A DNA stretch of 64,000 nt, taken from assembly GCA_938034415.1 (NCBI GenBank), contig CALHLE010000030.1, forward strand, positions 3,708 through 67,707, written 5' to 3'. This document shows positions 10,082-18,742 of this stretch, one piece after another. The DNA is from an uncultured Anaerolineae bacterium. Its GTDB lineage: Bacteria > Chloroflexota > Anaerolineae > J036 > Brachytrichaceae. The translations under genes were made by a program, and so were the position numbers. The notes beneath the pieces are model-generated. The model saw only the letters and a program-made list of their open reading frames with translations, searched no databases and was not told where the DNA came from. The first letter of the stretch is position 1; each line of letters starts with the position of its first letter.

Positions 10082-11179
10082 CTAGGACTTGCCGAAGAGG
10101 AAGCCCTCCATGGCGTATTCGTTGAGGCCAAACCACTTGTCCGACTCTGCCTTGAAGGTCTTCCAGCTCTCATAGATCTTCTTGAAGTCGGCGTCTTTGG
10201 CGGCAAACTCATCATACAGCGCCATAGCCGCCTTCCGGGCCGCATCGAGGATCTCCTTGCTGTATTGCTTCACTTGGACGCCTTGCTTCGTGAGCTTGGC
10301 CAGCGCGGCAGCGTTGCGCGAGTCGTAGCGCGCCATCATGTTCTGGTTGGCCTCGGCTGCGGCGCTCTTGATCGCTTCTTGATAAGTCTTGGGCAGCTTC
10401 TTCCACTCGTTCAGGTTGATTTCGACCTCAAGCGTAGGCGCAGGTTCCCACCAGCCAGGGTAATAGTAGAACTTGGCGACCTTGAAGAAACCGAGCTTCT
10501 CATCGTCATAAGGGCCGACCCATTCCGCCGCGTCTACAGCGCCGGTCTGCAGCGCTTGAAAGATCTCGCCGCCGGGCAGCGTCTGCACGGTCACCCCCAG
10601 GCGCTTCATCACTTCGCCGCCCAGGCCGGGGATGCGCATCTTCAAGCCCTGCAGGTCGCTGACCTTGTTCACTTCCTTGCGGAACCAACCGCCCATTTGC
10701 GCGCCAGTGTTGCCGGCCGGCCACTGAATCACGTTGAATTTCTTGGCATACACTTCCTGCAATAACTGCAATCCGCCACCCTCGTAGAGCCAAGCGTTCT
10801 GTTGGCGGAAGGTCATGCCAAACGGCAAAGCCGCACCAAACGCCGTCACCGGACTCTTTCCGACATAATAATATGAGACTGTATGACCGATCGGCACAGC
10901 ACCTTGAGAGACCACATCTAGGATGTCTGCGCCCTTGGAGAGCTTGCCGGCGGGATTAGGAGTGATCTGGAATTTGCCATCCGTCAGCGCAGCGACGCGT
11001 TCGGTGAAATACACCGCCGCACCGTAGATCGTGTCCAACGAGACCGGCCAACTCGTCGCCATCTGCCAGCGTATCGTCGGCGTCTGAGCACGCACGATCG
11101 TCGGGACGGCGAAGGCAGTCGAGGCTGCAGCGACGGCGGTTCCCTTGGCGGCTACAGATAGAAATTCGCGACGTTTCAT
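10082..11179 (-). CDS. dctP: TRAP substrate-binding protein (DctP/TakP-like), Tat-exported
   Basis: Tat signal MKRREFL; [47 protein letters not shown]. Confidence 0.92.
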   Translation of the reverse strand: MKRREFLSVAAKGTAVAAASTAFAVPTIVRAQTPTIRWQMATSWPVSLDTIYGAAVYFTERVAALTDGKFQITPNPAGKLSKGADILDVVSQGAVPIGHTVSYYYVGKSPVTAFGAALPFGMTFRQQNAWLYEGGGLQLLQEVYAKKFNVIQWPAGNTGAQMGGWFRKEVNKVSDLQGLKMRIPGLGGEVMKRLGVTVQTLPGGEIFQALQTGAVDAAEWVGPYDDEKLGFFKVAKFYYYPGWWEPAPTLEVEINLNEWKKLPKTYQEAIKSAAAEANQNMMARYDSRNAAALAKLTKQGVQVKQYSKEILDAARKAAMALYDEFAAKDADFKKIYESWKTFKAESDKWFGLNEYAMEGFLFGKS

Positions 11180-11362
11180 GGTTTTACCTCCTGGTCTAAC
11201 ACCTCTAAAAAATTTGTGGACGTTTTAGCACTTACCGGCCAAGTTTGTCAAGTTGAGCACAAATGGCGAATAGCGTGCAGCGCAAGCAGCAGGCGAGTCG
11301 CGCAACCATCGAGCCGCGCCCGGTGGCGCAGGGGGAGGCGACGGCATTATCATGCGCCCAGC

Positions 11363-12046
11363 TCAGCGTTGGGCCATGGGCTTATCGCGCGCGGCCATCA
11401 ACTGAGCGACAAGCGTCGCCTCCGGCACTGCGCCCTCGATGTGAATCGTCTCATTGATCACCGTGCGCGGCACGCCGTAGACCTCATACTTGTTCGCCAG
11501 GTGAGGGAACTCCGTCGCCTCCACCATGTCGGCGGTGATCCAGTCACTCGCCAGCGCCAGCTTGTGGGCCAGCAGCACCGCACGCGGACAGTAAGGACAG
11601 GTCGGCGTGACGAAAACTTGGATGTGCACCGGCGCGTCTAAGCGCTTCAACGCGTCCATCGTCTGCGGTTGCAACTCTGCTTCCCCCCGACTGACCATCA
11701 GGATGTCCTCGATCAACGTCCCGAATTCGTAGCCCGAGGGGATGCCATACAGACGGATGCCGTAATCCTTAGGCTGCGGGCCATCACCGAGCACGGCCAC
11801 AGCCGGGATCTTGTCAATCCGATGCAATTCGGCCAGTGGCGCGTCGGCGACGAAGTCGCGCACTTCGAGCGCCAGCTTATCGGACAGTGCGGCCACTTCC
11901 TCGAGCAACGCGCGCGTCTCGGCGCAAAATGCGCATTCAACGACGCCATTTGCGCCTTGTGTGAACATCAACAACTTGACCGGCCGCTCCATGCCGGCCA
12001 GCGCCTCGCGCACCTGCTGTTGAATTGTCGCATTCAGCAAAGCCAT
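11363..12046 (-). CDS. Protein disulfide oxidoreductase (tandem thioredoxin fold, AhpF N-terminal-like)
   Basis: Two CxxC motifs (CAFC, CPYC), [16 protein letters not shown]. Confidence 0.9.
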   Translation of the reverse strand: MALLNATIQQQVREALAGMERPVKLLMFTQGANGVVECAFCAETRALLEEVAALSDKLALEVRDFVADAPLAELHRIDKIPAVAVLGDGPQPKDYGIRLYGIPSGYEFGTLIEDILMVSRGEAELQPQTMDALKRLDAPVHIQVFVTPTCPYCPRAVLLAHKLALASDWITADMVEATEFPHLANKYEVYGVPRTVINETIHIEGAVPEATLVAQLMAARDKPMAQR

Positions 12047-12153
12047 ACATCACACCTCTTCGATCAGCTTGCTCGCCGTGCGCCGAGCGGCGTCAACTGG
12101 TTCAAGGTTGACCGGGCGGACGGCATCATTCGGCGCAACGATCCTAAGTTTTA

Positions 12154-12179
12154 GGATGCAAGCCAATGTGAAAGGTGAC
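12154..12179 (-). promoter_or_regulatory. Putative ECF-sigma promoter, copy 1
   Basis: GTCACCTTT-N11-GCATCC upstream of the disulfide oxidoreductase; the same motif and spacing occur at 15209-15234. Confidence 0.7.
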
Positions 12180-12182
12180 GGG

Positions 12183-12452
12183 CTATTGCACCTCAGGCGG
12201 GCATTCGTCATCCAAGAACGCCTCAAGTCCCAGGGCTTGGTAAAGGCGCAGGCGCGCTGCTGCGGGGAAGCCGGGTTGGGGAAGCGAACGGTAGAGCGCG
12301 ATGACCTTGCGCAACGTATCCGCGACGACGCGACAGTCGGCGCATTCGGCTAACTGGCGTTCGATTTCGGCGCACAGCTCCGACGATGCGCTTTCGCCGT
12401 CTAGATAATCGGACAACGCCTCCAGCAGGCGCTCACACTGGGCTTTGTCCAA
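12183..12452 (-). CDS. zf-HC2-type anti-sigma factor
   Basis: C..LLEALSDYLDGE...E(Q)LAECADC; TTG start 1 nt after the ECF sigma stop. Confidence 0.82.
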   Translation of the reverse strand: MDKAQCERLLEALSDYLDGESASSELCAEIERQLAECADCRVVADTLRKVIALYRSLPQPGFPAAARLRLYQALGLEAFLDDECPPEVQ

Positions 12453-12453
12453 T

Positions 12454-13074
12454 TTACCCTTCCTTGCCGGCGAGCGCGCGATCCATGAAATAAGGGGAAA
12501 GGCGCTCGCGCAACCAGAGCCGCGCGCGATGCAGGCGCGTCTTAACGACATCAGGCGACACGGCCAGCGCCTCAGCCGTCGCATCCGTGGAAAGTCCTTC
12601 GAGTTCGCGCAGGACGAAGACGACGCGCAACTTTTCGGGCAACTCGCGAATGGCGCGCTCAAGCTCGGCGCGCGTTTCCGACGCCTCGAAATCCCGCTCC
12701 GGCAGACAGCACCAGTCGAACAGCGCCTGCGGCACGAGTTTGTCATCGTCAGAGAACATGTCGTCCAACGACACCATCAGCGGCTGCTGGCGCCGCACGT
12801 GCATCAGCGCCGCGTTCGCCGCAATGCGATACAGCCACGTGCTCAGGCTGGATCGACCCTCAAAGGAGTCAATCGCCTTGAATGCGTTGAGAAAGGTCTC
12901 CTGCACCACATCTTCTGCGGCGGCGGCGTCGCCGGTGAGGCGAAGCGCCAGGCGATAGAGCGCCGGCGAGTAGCGCTCCACGCACTGGGCGCACGCCGAT
13001 TTATCGCCGTTGCGCAGGCGCTGGAGCAAGAGGCGCTCGGCGTCGTCTTCGTCGGTCGCGGCGCGGTTGACCAT
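12454..13074 (-). CDS. ECF RNA polymerase sigma-70 factor
   Basis: AEDVVQETF, STWLYRIAAN (region 2), VFVLRELEGLST and VKTRLHRAR (region 4.2). Confidence 0.94.
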   Translation of the reverse strand: MVNRAATDEDDAERLLLQRLRNGDKSACAQCVERYSPALYRLALRLTGDAAAAEDVVQETFLNAFKAIDSFEGRSSLSTWLYRIAANAALMHVRRQQPLMVSLDDMFSDDDKLVPQALFDWCCLPERDFEASETRAELERAIRELPEKLRVVFVLRELEGLSTDATAEALAVSPDVVKTRLHRARLWLRERLSPYFMDRALAGKEG

Positions 13075-13136
13075 ACGCGCCGTGGATTATAGGGCAGCCT
13101 GCGCTGCCGGCAGCGCGACCACGCACGCGCGCCGCG

Positions 13137-13580
13137 TCACGCTGCCGGCGCGGTTGCCTCTTCGACGATCCGGTAGGTATGCTGAATGGGCACCACGCGG
13201 CCCAACATGCCTTGAGCCGGGCAGTATTTCGTCTCAGACAGCTCAATGGCCCGCTCGACCGCCTCCGGAGCAACCCCACGCCCGCGCACGACATACTCGA
13301 TGAGGATCTTGGTGAAGACTTTGGGATGATCTGGTGCGCGTTCCGCGCGCACTTTGACCTCGAAGGCGGTCACGTCTTGGCGCTTCTTCTTCAGGATGGA
13401 CAGCACGTCCATCGCCGTGCAGCCGGCCAGGCCGATCGCCAACAGCTCCATCGGGCGCAGCCCATCGTTGCTGCCGCCCACCGACGGATCGGCGCTCAGG
13501 TTCACCGTGAACCCGCTATCGGCGCTACCGACGAATGACAAGTCGTGCGTCCACGTGACGGCAGCGTTCATCGTCTCCAT
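13137..13580 (-). CDS. OsmC family protein
   Basis: RPMELLAIGLAGCTAMDV and SETKYCP; GGAGG SD before ATG 13580. Confidence 0.9.
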   Translation of the reverse strand: METMNAAVTWTHDLSFVGSADSGFTVNLSADPSVGGSNDGLRPMELLAIGLAGCTAMDVLSILKKKRQDVTAFEVKVRAERAPDHPKVFTKILIEYVVRGRGVAPEAVERAIELSETKYCPAQGMLGRVVPIQHTYRIVEEATAPAA

Positions 13581-13609
13581 GCGCAAACACCCTCCTTTTG
13601 ACCAGGCTT

Positions 13610-14605
13610 TTATTTTGCCCAGTCTACAGCCAGTTGCTTGCGCCCGCGGAGTTCCTTCTCGGCCACCATCGCCGCGATTGCGCCCTCGGCAGCAGCCACC
13701 ACTGCCTGCTTGACGTGATTGCACAGCACATCGCCGACGGCGAACACGCCCGGCAGCGCGGTGCGGAACTCGCGATCCACAACCAAACACCCCGTCTCAC
13801 TGGTGGGCAACTGGCCCTGCAAGAAGTCGGTGATCGGCTTATTCCCCTGTAGATAGATGAAGGCGCCGCTCACCGGCACGACCTGCTCGGGTTGCCCGCG
13901 CGGCGCGATGCGGATCGCCTCGACGCGATCGCGCCCCAGCACTTCGCGCAGCGCTGCGCCGGCGTGCAACACGACCGCCGGATGCTGCGCGAGCGCCTCG
14001 CGCAGATGCTGTGACGCCTTTACGTCGGGCGTCGGTGATACGAAGTGCACGCGGCGGGCGAACTTTGTCAGGAACAGCGCCTCTTCAACAGCCTCATCAT
14101 CGTTGCCGACGACGGCGACTTCCTGGCCCTGGAAGAACGCCGCGTCGCACGTGGCGCAGTATGAGACACCTCGTCCGAGCAAGCGGTCTTCGCCGGGCAC
14201 GCGCTGCCCACGGCCCATCGCGCCGGTAGCGATGACGACGGCGCGCGCCGTGTAGGTGGCCTCGTTGGTGTAGATCGTCTTCACCTCGCCTTCGAGGTCC
14301 ACCGCCTGCACTTTGGCCTGCACGAAGGTCGCGCCGAACGATTCGGCCTGACGGCGCATGCGAGCCACTAGCTCGGCGCCACTGATCTCACCGGGAACGC
14401 CGGGATAGTTGGCGATTTTGGCAGTGAGACCCAGCGCGCCGGCGGTTAAGCCCTTGTCAATCACGAGCGTCTTAAGGTTAGCGCGGGCAGCGTATAACGC
14501 TGCCGTGGCGCCTGCCGGCCCGCCGCCGATAACCACGACATCATACTGGCGGTCTCCGCCCACATCTTGACGATCCTGTGCCTCAAGCGCAAACTCCAGA
14601 TCCAT
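13610..14605 (-). CDS. trxB: Thioredoxin-disulfide reductase
   Basis: GGGPAG, GVSYCATCD, TALPGVFAVGD. Confidence 0.92.
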   Translation of the reverse strand: MDLEFALEAQDRQDVGGDRQYDVVVIGGGPAGATAALYAARANLKTLVIDKGLTAGALGLTAKIANYPGVPGEISGAELVARMRRQAESFGATFVQAKVQAVDLEGEVKTIYTNEATYTARAVVIATGAMGRGQRVPGEDRLLGRGVSYCATCDAAFFQGQEVAVVGNDDEAVEEALFLTKFARRVHFVSPTPDVKASQHLREALAQHPAVVLHAGAALREVLGRDRVEAIRIAPRGQPEQVVPVSGAFIYLQGNKPITDFLQGQLPTSETGCLVVDREFRTALPGVFAVGDVLCNHVKQAVVAAAEGAIAAMVAEKELRGRKQLAVDWAK

Positions 14606-14614
14606 ACGCCCTCA

Positions 14615-14902
14615 TCACGCCACGAACCGGGCCAAGATGTCGTTGCTCTCCATCAGCAAGTAGTTCACGCCGTCATGTTTGAACTCGGTGCCGACGTACT
14701 TGGCAAAAAGCACCCTGTCGTCCACCTTCACTTTGATCGCCTCATCATCGCCGACGGCCACAACCACGCCGGTTTGCGGCTTCTCCTTGGCCGTCTCGGG
14801 CAAGATGATCCCGGATGGCGTGCGGCTCTCTTGCTCCAGGGGCTTGACCAGCACGCGCGACCCAAGCGGCTGAATCGGGAAAACATCTCCTTTCTTGGGC
14901 AT
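14615..14902 (-). CDS. groES: Co-chaperonin GroES (no adjacent groEL)
   Basis: IQPLGSRVLV, TPSGIILPETAKEKP mobile loop, VLFAKYVGTE, DILA. Confidence 0.93.
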   Translation of the reverse strand: MPKKGDVFPIQPLGSRVLVKPLEQESRTPSGIILPETAKEKPQTGVVVAVGDDEAIKVKVDDRVLFAKYVGTEFKHDGVNYLLMESNDILARFVA

Positions 14903-14911
14903 AACACCTCC

Positions 14912-15166
14912 TTACTTAATGCCGAGCAGTTGATTAATCTTGTTGCGATCGAAACCAACGACGATTCGCCCGCCGATGTCGATCACCGGCACGCCTTGTT
15001 GCCCCGAACGACGCACCATGTCGCGCGCCGCTGCCGGGTCGCGGCTCACGTCCACATCATGGAACCGAATCCCCTTTTGACGGAAGTAAGCCTTCGCCTG
15101 GTTGCAAAACGCGCAGGTCGGCGTGCTAAAAATGATCACCGTAGGTTGCGTGACACCTTTTGTCAT
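14912..15166 (-). CDS. Glutaredoxin-like protein (YruB/NrdH-redoxin type)
   Basis: FSTPTCAFC, SGQQGVPVI, VGFD. Confidence 0.92.
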   Translation of the reverse strand: MTKGVTQPTVIIFSTPTCAFCNQAKAYFRQKGIRFHDVDVSRDPAAARDMVRRSGQQGVPVIDIGGRIVVGFDRNKINQLLGIK

Positions 15167-15208
15167 AACAACTCACTCTCCTCCGAACATTGCTTTCTAA
15201 AGGTGGTT

Positions 15209-15234
15209 GGATGCAACGCCAAACAAAAGGTGAC
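15209..15234 (-). promoter_or_regulatory. Putative ECF-sigma promoter, copy 2
   Basis: GTCACCTTT-N11-GCATCC upstream of the glutaredoxin-groES-trxB-osmC operon. Confidence 0.7.
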
Positions 15235-15275
15235 AAATCCACAGGCGCGGGGAGCAGCCCGCTGGATGATTCCGG

Positions 15276-15291
15276 CGTGATTTCCGTCACA
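15276..15291. promoter_or_regulatory. Crp/Fnr-family-like operator
   Basis: CGTGA-TTTCCG-TCACA, 9/10 to TGTGA-N6-TCACA. Confidence 0.45.
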
Positions 15292-15350
15292 TCGAAGTAG
15301 CGCGAGTGCGCACTACTCCGCGTTCCTGCCTGGGTTATATTTCCGCCGGT

Positions 15351-15743
15351 ATGCGTGCGCTGCAGCAGGTTACCTTGCTGTTCGTCGCGGGACTCGTCCT
15401 GACTGCGCCGCTGTTGTGCGTGCAGTTCTGCGAATTGCAACACCATATCGCCCGGCCGCAAGTCTCGTTTGCCGAGATGGCGCGGTTGCACGCGCTAAGC
15501 CTGTCCGAGCGCCAATCGCAACAGCGCACGCATCATCACAGCGACGACCGCGCACCCCTGATGCGGTTGAAGCAGATGGTGAACAGCGTCACCGAGTTTC
15601 TCCTGACGCTGGGCCTCGTATTTGGAGCATCTATAGCTGCGCTGCGCCCCGCCATTTTGCATTTACACCTGAGCCAGCCGGTGCTTGCTGTGCCCACACC
15701 GCCCCCACGCCTCTGCGCGATTCGCCCCATCCTCACGCCGTGA
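15351..15743 (+). CDS. Small Cys/His/Pro-rich membrane-targeted protein, CutF/DUF2946-like leader
   Basis: N-terminal hydrophobic segment ending in CVQFC (CxxxC), HHH patch, C-terminal PTPPPR; first gene of the copper operon. Confidence 0.6.
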   Translation: MRALQQVTLLFVAGLVLTAPLLCVQFCELQHHIARPQVSFAEMARLHALSLSERQSQQRTHHHSDDRAPLMRLKQMVNSVTEFLLTLGLVFGASIAALRPAILHLHLSQPVLAVPTPPPRLCAIRPILTP

Positions 15744-16894
15744 TGTTCGCCGGCGCGCCGAGCGCGTGCGGCGCGCTTGAGGCGCATCACGAAGGGTCTT
15801 CGCACACACGCGCTTGTGTCATCGCATCTCGGTTTCTAACTGGAGGCGTTATCAACGCACTGGAGCCGTTGGCGCGAGCGGTGCTTTATGTCGCGCTCAT
15901 GATCATGGTCGGCCTGCCGATCGGCATGGCCGGCGTCGTGCTGCCGGTCTTTCGCCGTCACGACGTCGCCGCACAGACCGCCCTGAAGTTCGCCAGACGC
16001 GGGCTGCTCGTTGCTTGTCTGGCAACGATGGTCGGCGCAACCGCGTTCTTCGTCGCGCAGGTCGCGCCGCTCGAACTGGAGTTCAGCAGCGTCGCGGAAT
16101 GGGCTGAGTTCGTGCAACGCGCGCTGCTGGGCCAGATGTGGATCGCACGGCTGGCGCTTGGGCTCGTTGCGCTGGTCATCGTGAAGTTCGGCGCGAATCC
16201 AGCAGCCTGGCTGGCCGGCTGCGCGCTGGCCGGGCTGGCGACGCAGGCCACTCTCACCCGCACTAGCCACAGCGCGGCGATGGGCGAGGGATGGCTGCCA
16301 GTCGCTGCGGACTTCGCGCACCTCTTCGCCGGCGCGTTGTGGGGCGGCGGCCTCATCGCTCTGCTTATCGCCGTGGGTGGCGCGCAGCGCGAGGACATCG
16401 AGACGACGCGCGCCCTGATCGGGCGCTTCGCGCCGTTCGGCATCGCCGGTGTGGCGCTCGCCGCCGGCACAGGCATCGCGCTCTCATCGGTGCACGTCGC
16501 CGACGCTGAAACGCTGCAGGCCTCTGACTACGGCCGGCTGATCCTGATCAAAGTTGTCCTGGTTGTAGGAGCAGTCGCGCTGGCGGCGCTGCACAGGTTC
16601 GTCATCCTACGGCGCATGAGGTCCCAGCTCGATGTGCGGCGCTTCAGGCGCGCGTTGCTGGTTGAGTCAATCCTGGTGCTCGGCATCTTCGCCGGCGCGG
16701 CCCTGTTGGCTTCCACCTCGCCGCCGCACCACGTGGTGACCCACCAGATGCCCGACGGCTCAACGCATATGATGCTGATGACAGATCCAGTCTTTCAGCG
16801 CGCGTTGCAGATCGCCGCATTGGCGATCCTCGCAGCGGGCGCCATTGCGTGCGCGCTGGAATGGCGCACACGCCTCCGATCTCAGACCAGATGA
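15743..16894 (+). CDS. copD: CopD family copper transport membrane protein
   Basis: TSHSAA, ADFAHLFAGALWGGGL, SDYGRLILIK, LLVE. Start uncertain: ATG 15743, or ATC 15851/TTG 15869 behind GGAGG at 15842. Confidence 0.85.
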   Translation: MFAGAPSACGALEAHHEGSSHTRACVIASRFLTGGVINALEPLARAVLYVALMIMVGLPIGMAGVVLPVFRRHDVAAQTALKFARRGLLVACLATMVGATAFFVAQVAPLELEFSSVAEWAEFVQRALLGQMWIARLALGLVALVIVKFGANPAAWLAGCALAGLATQATLTRTSHSAAMGEGWLPVAADFAHLFAGALWGGGLIALLIAVGGAQREDIETTRALIGRFAPFGIAGVALAAGTGIALSSVHVADAETLQASDYGRLILIKVVLVVGAVALAALHRFVILRRMRSQLDVRRFRRALLVESILVLGIFAGAALLASTSPPHHVVTHQMPDGSTHMMLMTDPVFQRALQIAALAILAAGAIACALEWRTRLRSQTR

Positions 16895-18105
16895 AAAGTT
16901 CGATTCGACTGACGGCGGTCTTCGCATTCGCCGCATCCCTTGTTTTGACGACGAACCGAGCGACCGAGGCGCACGCTATGCTCGTCAGCGCCGACCCGGC
17001 GCCGAACTCGACCATCGGAACTGCGCCCAAGCAGATCAAGCTGTTGTTCAATGAAGCGCTCCAGGATGTCGGACACACCATCGCCCTGCTCGACGAGAAG
17101 CAGAACAAGATTGCAATCGGTAAGGCGATGCTTGATCCGAAGGACCAGGCCAAAAAGACGGTGATTGCTGAGATACCGACAGCGCTGGCTGCGGGCAACT
17201 ACAGGGTGGATTGGAAGGCGCTGTCCACCGACGGTCACACCGTCAAGGGGAGCTTCAAATTCACCCTGGCCGAGATGGTCGAGATGACGTTGAAGTTCGC
17301 CTTCAAAGCGGGCAAAGAACCGGTCGCCTGCGGCAAAGAGATTAAGAACCTCGGCGCGCGGCGCACTACGGCGCAGATCATGGACGCCCGGATGTATATC
17401 TCGAACATCCGCTTGATCGGCCCCGGCGGCGAAGTGCCGTTCGAGCTCGTCCCAGACGGCAAGTGGCAAACCGACCGCGTGGCGCTGCTGGACTTCGAGG
17501 ATGGCAGCGCGATGTGCAAGGAGACCGGCAACGCCGACCTGCGCGATGTGATCATCGGCAAGGCCCCGGCCGGCAAATACACCGGCATCGTCTTCGACTT
17601 GGGCATCCCGTTCGAGCTGAATCATGCCGATGTAGCCGTCGAAGCGGCGCCGCTCAACATCCAGGCGCTGTGGTGGAACTGGCAGACCGGCTACAAGTTC
17701 GTGCGGATTGACCTGGCTACCAACAGCGCGCCGCCCAACGACAAGTGGTTCATCCACCTGGGCAGCACCGGCTGCGGCATGATGGAGAAGGGTCACAGCA
17801 GCGACCCGCACGGCATGGCCAACAAGCCGCCGGAGAAGCCCTGCAACAACCCGAACATAGTCACCGTCCGGCTCAACCGCTTCGACCCGAACAAAGATCA
17901 GATTGTGGCCGACCTGGCCGGCCTGTTGACGAACGTCAACATCGCCCAATCCACGCCCAAGCCGGCCGGCTGCATGTCCGGCGTGGACGATCCGGACTGC
18001 CGCCGGCTGATCCCGAACTTCGGCCTCTCACTGGCCAAAGGCCAATGTGTGAACGGCTGTCGCGGCCAGCGGTTCTTCCGCGTCGAAGCAGCCGCCAAAC
18101 CCTGA
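16891..18105 (+). CDS. CopC-MbnP fusion copper-binding protein
   Basis: Signal peptide cleaved at ATEA|H gives an N-terminal His; CopC domain (HAMLVSADP...STDGH) followed by an MbnP domain (VALLDFEDG, FDLGIPFELNH, WNWQTGYKF, IHLGSTGC, GCMS...DPDC). Confidence 0.88.
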   Translation: MKSSIRLTAVFAFAASLVLTTNRATEAHAMLVSADPAPNSTIGTAPKQIKLLFNEALQDVGHTIALLDEKQNKIAIGKAMLDPKDQAKKTVIAEIPTALAAGNYRVDWKALSTDGHTVKGSFKFTLAEMVEMTLKFAFKAGKEPVACGKEIKNLGARRTTAQIMDARMYISNIRLIGPGGEVPFELVPDGKWQTDRVALLDFEDGSAMCKETGNADLRDVIIGKAPAGKYTGIVFDLGIPFELNHADVAVEAAPLNIQALWWNWQTGYKFVRIDLATNSAPPNDKWFIHLGSTGCGMMEKGHSSDPHGMANKPPEKPCNNPNIVTVRLNRFDPNKDQIVADLAGLLTNVNIAQSTPKPAGCMSGVDDPDCRRLIPNFGLSLAKGQCVNGCRGQRFFRVEAAAKP

Positions 18106-18189
18106 TTCGTGATTCTGAGGCGCGGACGCGTCGCGCGCCTGCGCCTGTGAATCGAAGGTTTAACTTTTAGAAGGAGTGTAGTAAGAGAC

Positions 18190-18690
18190 ATGACGAACAC
18201 AAAGCATCACGTAGGCATCCGATACACGTTTCTGGCCGTCGCCGCCGGCGTTGCGCTGGCGTTGACGGCATGTGGAGGCGGCTCGGCTCCTGAGCCAACC
18301 CAGGCGCCGCCGGCTGCTCCGGCCGCCGAGCCGACTAAAGTGCCCGCCGATGTAGTGGCCAAGGGCAAGGAAGCCTTCAACAAATATGGCTGCCAGGCCT
18401 GCCACGCCATCCAGGGCTTTGCCGAGGGCGCCGTTGGGCCGGCCTTGGACAACTTGTACACTAACGCGCAGCGGACCATCGCCAGCGCTGAGTACAAGAG
18501 CAGCGCAGGCAAAGCGACGACGGCTGAGGAGTACGTCCGAGAATCCATCCTCAACCCCAACGCCTTCGTCGTCGCCCAGTGCCCCACCGGCCCCTGCCCC
18601 AAGGGCGTGATGATCCAGAACTTCAAGGACCAGATCAGCGACTCTGAACTGGAAGCGCTGATCGGCTACTTGATGACGCTGGGCCGCTAG
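18190..18690 (+). CDS. Monoheme c-type cytochrome lipoprotein
   Basis: Lipobox LALTA|C, CQACH, VGPALD, YVRESILNP. Confidence 0.9.
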   Translation: MTNTKHHVGIRYTFLAVAAGVALALTACGGGSAPEPTQAPPAAPAAEPTKVPADVVAKGKEAFNKYGCQACHAIQGFAEGAVGPALDNLYTNAQRTIASAEYKSSAGKATTAEEYVRESILNPNAFVVAQCPTGPCPKGVMIQNFKDQISDSELEALIGYLMTLGR

Positions 18691-18742
18691 TACGCCATCC
18701 GCGGATGGCGCAAGGGTGTAATGCCCCTCGCGCCATCCGCCC

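Noticed and set aside
7966-11179. dctP convergent with dctQM as a novel arrangement
   Set aside because: Split TRAP operons are common; the genes are ordinary.
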